The notes under the pieces are model-generated. The model was not told the origin of the DNA and did no database searches. It was given only the letters and a program-made list of their open reading frames with translations. DNA of 64,000 bases from Blepharisma stoltei ATCC 30299. Taxonomy: Eukaryota; Protista; Ciliophora. How positions within the stretch are numbered: the stretch's first letter is position 1; the number at the start of each line of letters is the position of its first letter. A program made the position numbers and the translations under genes. Below, piece after piece: positions 58,781-64,000 of the stretch. The stretch is taken from contig CBFDEM010000038.1 in NCBI GenBank assembly GCA_965603825.1, forward strand, positions 310,001 to 374,000, in the 5' to 3' direction.

Positions 58781-60112
58781 ATGGCAGAATCGAAAGTTCT
58801 TGATACTTGTGCAGACTTTTTAGCAGAAATTCTTAATAAAAAATCAGCCTCTGCCAATTCTACTTATATTCCTCAGTTCATTGAAAAATTTTCCCAGATT
58901 CTCAACTTAACTGAAATGAATTTAAAAGTCACTGTAAAACCATATGGGAAAAACTGTTTGCATTGTGGAAAATACATACCTAGCTATCATCTTTCTTCAG
59001 CTATAGGTCTTTGGTGTAAACCAAATGACCACTTTTTCTGCTCAGCGCATTGTTTACAAAGGCATTCATTAATATCAACAAATGGAACTCTCCTTGATCT
59101 TGACTATGTAAGATGCCCTATTTGCCGATCTTCAATATCCCCAGAACAAATTAATGAAGCATTCGACGGAAAACTTGAAAGCTACCAAAGGGATGCATGT
59201 GACCGCGCTTTGCTTATGCTTCTAGATGAAGAAGGCAAAGAAAAATTAAAAGCAAAATTTACATGTCTCATTTGCTACACTGAATTTAAAGTAGATGAAG
59301 GAATCACCTTAGAATGCGATCATAGGTTCTGTATAAACTGTATTAAGCAACAAGTCGAAATGCTGATAGAATCAGCTCAAGTCAGTGACGAAAAATTAAA
59401 ATGCCCTATGTGCCCTCAAGCATTGTCTGTATATGAAATCGAAGATATCGTAGGTCCTGAATTATTTGCAAAATATGAGAAATTTAGGTTAAGAGGAATC
59501 CAGCTGCCTCCAGAAGACGAAAATTCTTATATTTTCCATTGCAGAGGAGCTGACTGCGAATATATCTGTATAATTGAAAAAGGTGTTGAGGAGTTTAATT
59601 GCCCAAAATGCGGATTTAAATGTTGCCCTTTATGTAAAGATGAAATTCATAAGGGAAGTACTTGTGAAGAATTTGCAAAGCTGAAAAAAGAAAAAGTTAT
59701 AGGAGATGAAGAGTTTGAAAAACTTTTAAGAGATGAAGGGCTGCTTAAATGTCCTGAGTGTGGAGCTGCAGTACAAAGAATTTCTGGATGCCAGTATATG
59801 GTTTGCAGTTCTAGTCAGTGCCAAGGGAGAACTTATTTCTGTTATGATTGTGGGATTAAATTGGAGCAGGATCATGGAGCTCATGATTGTAAGCCAAGAG
59901 AGGGTCCGAAAAATCAACCAGCAAATGTTTTTATGGATGATAGAATGATACCTGGAGTTGCTTATTATCATCATCCTGATGATATTGAACCCCAAGAGAT
60001 TATTCCCCGGCCTATATTTGAGCCAAGAAATATTCTCGAAAGAAATCATGGGCCTGCAAGACGAGGACGACGGGCACGTAATTTTTTCAGAAATTTGTTT
60101 CGAAAAGGATAG
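58781..60112 (+). CDS. RBR (RING1-IBR-RING2) E3 ubiquitin ligase with an extra N-terminal RING-like finger
   Basis: CLIC..CDHRFCINC..KCPMC; IBR C.GADC..CPKC..CC..C...H...TC; RING2 KCPECG..VQRISGCQYMVC...FCYDC with the catalytic Cys in SGC. Confidence 0.92.
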   Translation: MAESKVLDTCADFLAEILNKKSASANSTYIPQFIEKFSQILNLTEMNLKVTVKPYGKNCLHCGKYIPSYHLSSAIGLWCKPNDHFFCSAHCLQRHSLISTNGTLLDLDYVRCPICRSSISPEQINEAFDGKLESYQRDACDRALLMLLDEEGKEKLKAKFTCLICYTEFKVDEGITLECDHRFCINCIKQQVEMLIESAQVSDEKLKCPMCPQALSVYEIEDIVGPELFAKYEKFRLRGIQLPPEDENSYIFHCRGADCEYICIIEKGVEEFNCPKCGFKCCPLCKDEIHKGSTCEEFAKLKKEKVIGDEEFEKLLRDEGLLKCPECGAAVQRISGCQYMVCSSSQCQGRTYFCYDCGIKLEQDHGAHDCKPREGPKNQPANVFMDDRMIPGVAYYHHPDDIEPQEIIPRPIFEPRNILERNHGPARRGRRARNFFRNLFRKG

Positions 60113-60232
60113 AATAAATAAGAATGCTTTATAAAATATTATTTATCAATTAAAGGCTAATTTAATAATAAGAGAATTTTATAAAAAGATCCATATTGCA
60201 AGATATTCTGCTTGTCTCTGATATTATTAAAA

Positions 60233-61511
60233 ATGGAAAAAGCATTTAGTGAACTCAATTTATGTTTGGAATCTTTAAACCAATTTTTATCACAAAAATA
60301 TGACCCTCTAGAGCATTATGAAATCATAGATTTACTCCAAAGAATATATGAGTTATTAGCCGCTACTGGCAATAATTTAATTATCAATATTTCTCCATCA
60401 AAAATCTATTGTTTGCACTGCTATAATGAAATTCCGATTAAAGAAATAGACTCATCTATTCATTTATCTTGCAATCCATATCATTGTTTTTGCTCTACAC
60501 ATTGTTTCAGAAGGCATGCACTATTATGCACTGATAGCAAACTAATTGATTTAGACTATGTAAGATGTCCAGCATGCCTCACATCTATTGATATCTCACA
60601 CACTTGTGATGCTTTTGATGGAAATCTTCCACAAATTTATGAAGAATATAAAAAAGAGCAAATCGCAACTTTTAAGTGCTTGATATGTTTAACTAACTAT
60701 GAAATTGAAGAAGGCATTACCCTAGATTGTGACCACAGATGCAACCAAAAATTAAAATGTCCATTATGTCCTCAGCCTATATCATCTACACCATTGAATA
60801 TTAAATTTCTTTAGAACTTTTTGCAAAATACGAAAAATTCATGCTTAGAGACATAGAAATTCCTTCTGGCTCGAATTCTTTTCTTTTTTATTGTCCTGGA
60901 CGTGATTGTGAATCTATTTGTATCATTGATAATGGGGTTAAAGAATTTATTTGCCCATTATGCCATTTTCAATGTTGCCCAAGCTGCAATAAAGACATTC
61001 ACAATGGGAAAACTTGTGAAGAATATGCTAACAATGCAAAATAGATAAAGAAGATAAAGAATTTAAGATAATGATACAGATAAAAGGATGGCTTAGATGT
61101 CCTGTATGCGGAATTGCTATAAATAAAGTTAATGGGTGCCAATATGTGGTATGTACGTCAAGTAAGTGCCGGGGAAGGACTTATTTATGCTATGAATGTG
61201 GGCAAAAAATGGACTTTATCCATCAACGGCATGAATGTAAAATTCGCGAAGAACTTGTGCGTGCAATTGGACAGAATGATAAACATGATCGCGATGATGG
61301 TAATATATATCTTGGAGGTCTTCTTCATATTAGAAGAGATGTTCGTTCTCCTCCGCCACCTCCACGTAATCAAATTTTGTATATTAAGCCAAGAAAAAAT
61401 TATCCTTGGGGTAAAAGCCCTCTACAAAGGAAAAGAGAACCCAAGCCAAATCTTCATGGAATTTTACCTTTGATGGTCGAAGGGAAAAAATTACTTAAAG
61501 ATAAATCTTAA
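60233..61511 (+). pseudogene. Disrupted tandem duplicate of the RBR ligase
   Basis: Colinear with 58781..60112 but lacks about 19 codons of RING1 (after CDHR) and is split over three frames with TAG at 60812-60814 and 61042-61044; no GT..AG mini-intron explains the shifts. Confidence 0.75.
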
Positions 61512-61992
61512 AGGAAACCTAGCTATTTCTATTAGATATTATTATTTTTTAATGCAACTATTTAAGATATGATAATTAAAGCTTATAAATTGCATATAAA
61601 ATTAGCTATAATGATGGTTTGATATAATTAAATGATTAAATATATTTAAATTAATTCTTTCTTACAATTCTAAAAGTTGCTCATTTTTAAGATCATTTTA
61701 AATAAAATTTATAATGAAATGTGTCAGATATCAACAGAGAATATGAGAATTGATAATTTATTTTAAATTTTTCCTAATAAATAAAGCTAAATATAAACAC
61801 TTATAAATGACTGTGATTGGAGAATCAATAAAACCATTTACAAATTTAAGGCAACAAGCTGTTTTGGAATTTTTAATATTCTCCTTTGTTGTATATTAAT
61901 TATTCTAAAAACTCAATAATTTGACAATTTTGATATTCTTCTCCTTTAAAATTCATTTTGATACTTAAATTCTCAAAAATTATATAGGCATA

Positions 61993-64000
61993 ATGTCGAA
62001 GGAGTTGAATCAAGTATCAAAAGAATTCTGAATGCCAGACACCTCAGCTAAATCTTGTGCTCGCTGTGACAAACCATTTACAACTTTTAGGAGAAGACAT
62101 CACTGCCGCTATTGTGGACTGATTTTCTGTTCCAAATGTACAAGTAAAAAATCTCTCCTGTCAAATGGTGTCATAATAAATCGATGCTGTCCTCAATGTT
62201 TACTAGCTTTAAAATCTCCAAACAAGAAAACTGCAATTCTCCCTACCTTTGCAACAACCACAGATTTAGATCCTCAACCATCTCCAACAGGAACCCCAAA
62301 GCATATGGAAAAATCAGAATCTGCTGATGTAATTAAAGAAGCTGCTGAAGATGATGCTATGTCTGATCTCATGTCTCTTGAAGATGAGCATGCTTTGGAT
62401 AGCGTAAAAGAATTTCTTGGAGAAATTAAATCTGATTCGGATCCTAAACTAGATGCTTATGCAAATGAATATTTCGAGCAGCTAGCAAGAGAGTCTATTG
62501 TTAAACAAGAACTAGGAAGAGAATGACTAGGATTGATAATTAAATTTTCAAAAGAAATTGTAGAGAACTTATGTTCATCAACACAATTCAGAAAAGACTC
62601 TATGGACATCAACAATTATTTAAGAATCATTAAAGTCGCCTGGCCTGATACAAGTTTGTCAGAGTATATCAATGGAGTTGTTTTTGTCAAAAACATTGCT
62701 AATAAAAAAATGAACAAAAGAATTGAAAACCCTAAAATTTTGATCCTCAAAGGCGGCACAGATATCTACACAAGTGACAAAAAATTGGTCTCCATGGACA
62801 GATTAATAGACCAAGAGACCTCACTTGCAGAAATCTTTATCAGAAAACTAGAAAAAATCAGGCCAAATGTTATGATTTTAGAAAAAAGTTTGCCTCAAAA
62901 TATATTGTCAGAGTTTGCCAAAATGCAGATAACGACCATTATGAATGTAAAATTAAAAATAATTGAACAAATAGCACGAGCCACCAAGGCAAAAATTTTG
63001 AAATCAGTGGACCAAACGTCCACTACTGAAAACTATTTAGGGACTTGTGGGGTGTTCTATCTTGATACTTTAGAAAAGCAAAGCTATGTGTTTTTTAAAG
63101 ACCCACTAGATACCACAAGGGCTGGAAGCTTAATTCTGTCAGGAACTGATAAGTTTGAGCTTAAGAAAGTGAAAGAGGCGGTAAAAGATTTAGTAATCCA
63201 ATATAGAAATATCAAGCTTGAGCTGCATTTTTTTATCCAAAGCGGAATTAGACCAATCCCTAATATTTTTTCTGCATTTAAATCATCAGCTAGTCAGTTT
63301 AAGTATTTAGTTATATCAAATATCAATAACAGTATGTGCACTAAACCGACTACTCAGAATATTTCTTATTATAAAGGCGAAGATATGACGCTAGGAGATT
63401 TTATAAATTCTACTATTAAAAAAAGCAATGATACCTGCCCTTCTGGCTGTGAAAGTAACCTAAGCGACCATTCTACCTATTACATAAAAAACGGCGGCAG
63501 AATAAAAATGTATTTTGCTAAATCTCATCAAAATCCTTCACAAGAAATCATGATGAAAAAAGAATGCAAAGCTTGTGGAAAGAGTACCATAGTAACAACT
63601 CCACTATCAAAATCAGCATGGGAATATTCATTTTATAAATTCATCAATAATTTTTTTACAAAAACTGATTTTCTCAATGAAAAAAACTGCCCTCATGATT
63701 TTTATAAGCTAGCGAAATTTTCTTTTCATATACAAGGCATAAAAATTGTGTTTGAATGGGAAGAAAACCCAGTTTATGACTTAATACCAATGTCAAATTC
63801 CAAAGAAACTACTAGGTTTTATGCAAATTTTATGAGAAATAAGTTTGATGAAACGAGGTCTTGCGCAAAGGAAGTTTTTGACGATTTGTTAAGACAAAGC
63901 AAAGAGATGATTTTAAAACTTAGTGTTGAGTCAATAGGAAATGAGTCAAAATCCCAGCTGCAAGGGATTGATATAATTAGGGAAGAATTGGTGACGATCG
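61993..64000 (+). CDS. FAB1: FAB1/PIKfyve PI3P 5-kinase, N-terminal part (runs off the window)
   Basis: ATG 61993; F-W(TGA 62029)-MPD, RRHHCR.CG.IFC FYVE finger; chaperonin-like domain MDINNYLRIIKV...INGVVFVKNIANKKM...IENPKILIL; Cys-rich region. The kinase domain lies beyond the window. Confidence 0.92.

Noticed and set aside
60730-60750. RING1 deletion in the RBR copy as an erroneous IES excision
   Set aside because: No TA dinucleotide at the apparent junction (CACAGATGCAAC).
45752-64000. Apparent functional cluster of endolysosomal/lipid genes (Arl8-like, lipin, cathepsin, golgin, CDC50, FAB1), and of ubiquitin genes at 32344-41892
   Set aside because: These classes are abundant in ciliate genomes and are interleaved with unrelated genes; there is no evidence beyond chance without synteny or co-expression data.

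Overview
Gene-dense, AT-rich eukaryotic DNA, most consistent with the macronuclear genome of a heterotrich ciliate of the Blepharisma type (inferred from the genetic code and intron structure, not from a database match). Two window-wide properties explain why the supplied ORF track is fragmented. (1) TGA is a sense codon for Trp: about 50 in-frame TGAs in about 21 genes, many at invariant Trp positions, while every intact gene ends in TAA or TAG. (2) Introns are 15-16 nt (GTAA...A at -6...YAG); nine are supported here. Re-read this way the window holds about 44 protein genes. They include clathrin light chain, glucokinase, GABA aminotransferase, a CenH3-like histone, AP-1 gamma, a USP deubiquitinase, ABHD17, two CDPK types, a Myb factor, CFAP221, PEMT, ATG8, an Arl8-like GTPase, lipin, a double cathepsin Z, a GRIP golgin, CDC50, an RBR ligase and FAB1/PIKfyve. 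There is also one degenerate tRNA-Leu(AAG) and one decaying RBR duplicate. The least familiar elements are a protein built from nine NDPxYxKNAAKFYGxTPP repeats, an F-box fused to a cullin-repeat-like domain, a pseudokinase-UBR-SPRY protein, a compact RING-UBR ligase, a PH-permuted NlpC/P60 enzyme and a pair of divergent cyclin-box-like paralogs. No mobile element, telomere array or CRISPR array was seen. All domain calls are by-eye motif recognition; no searches were run.
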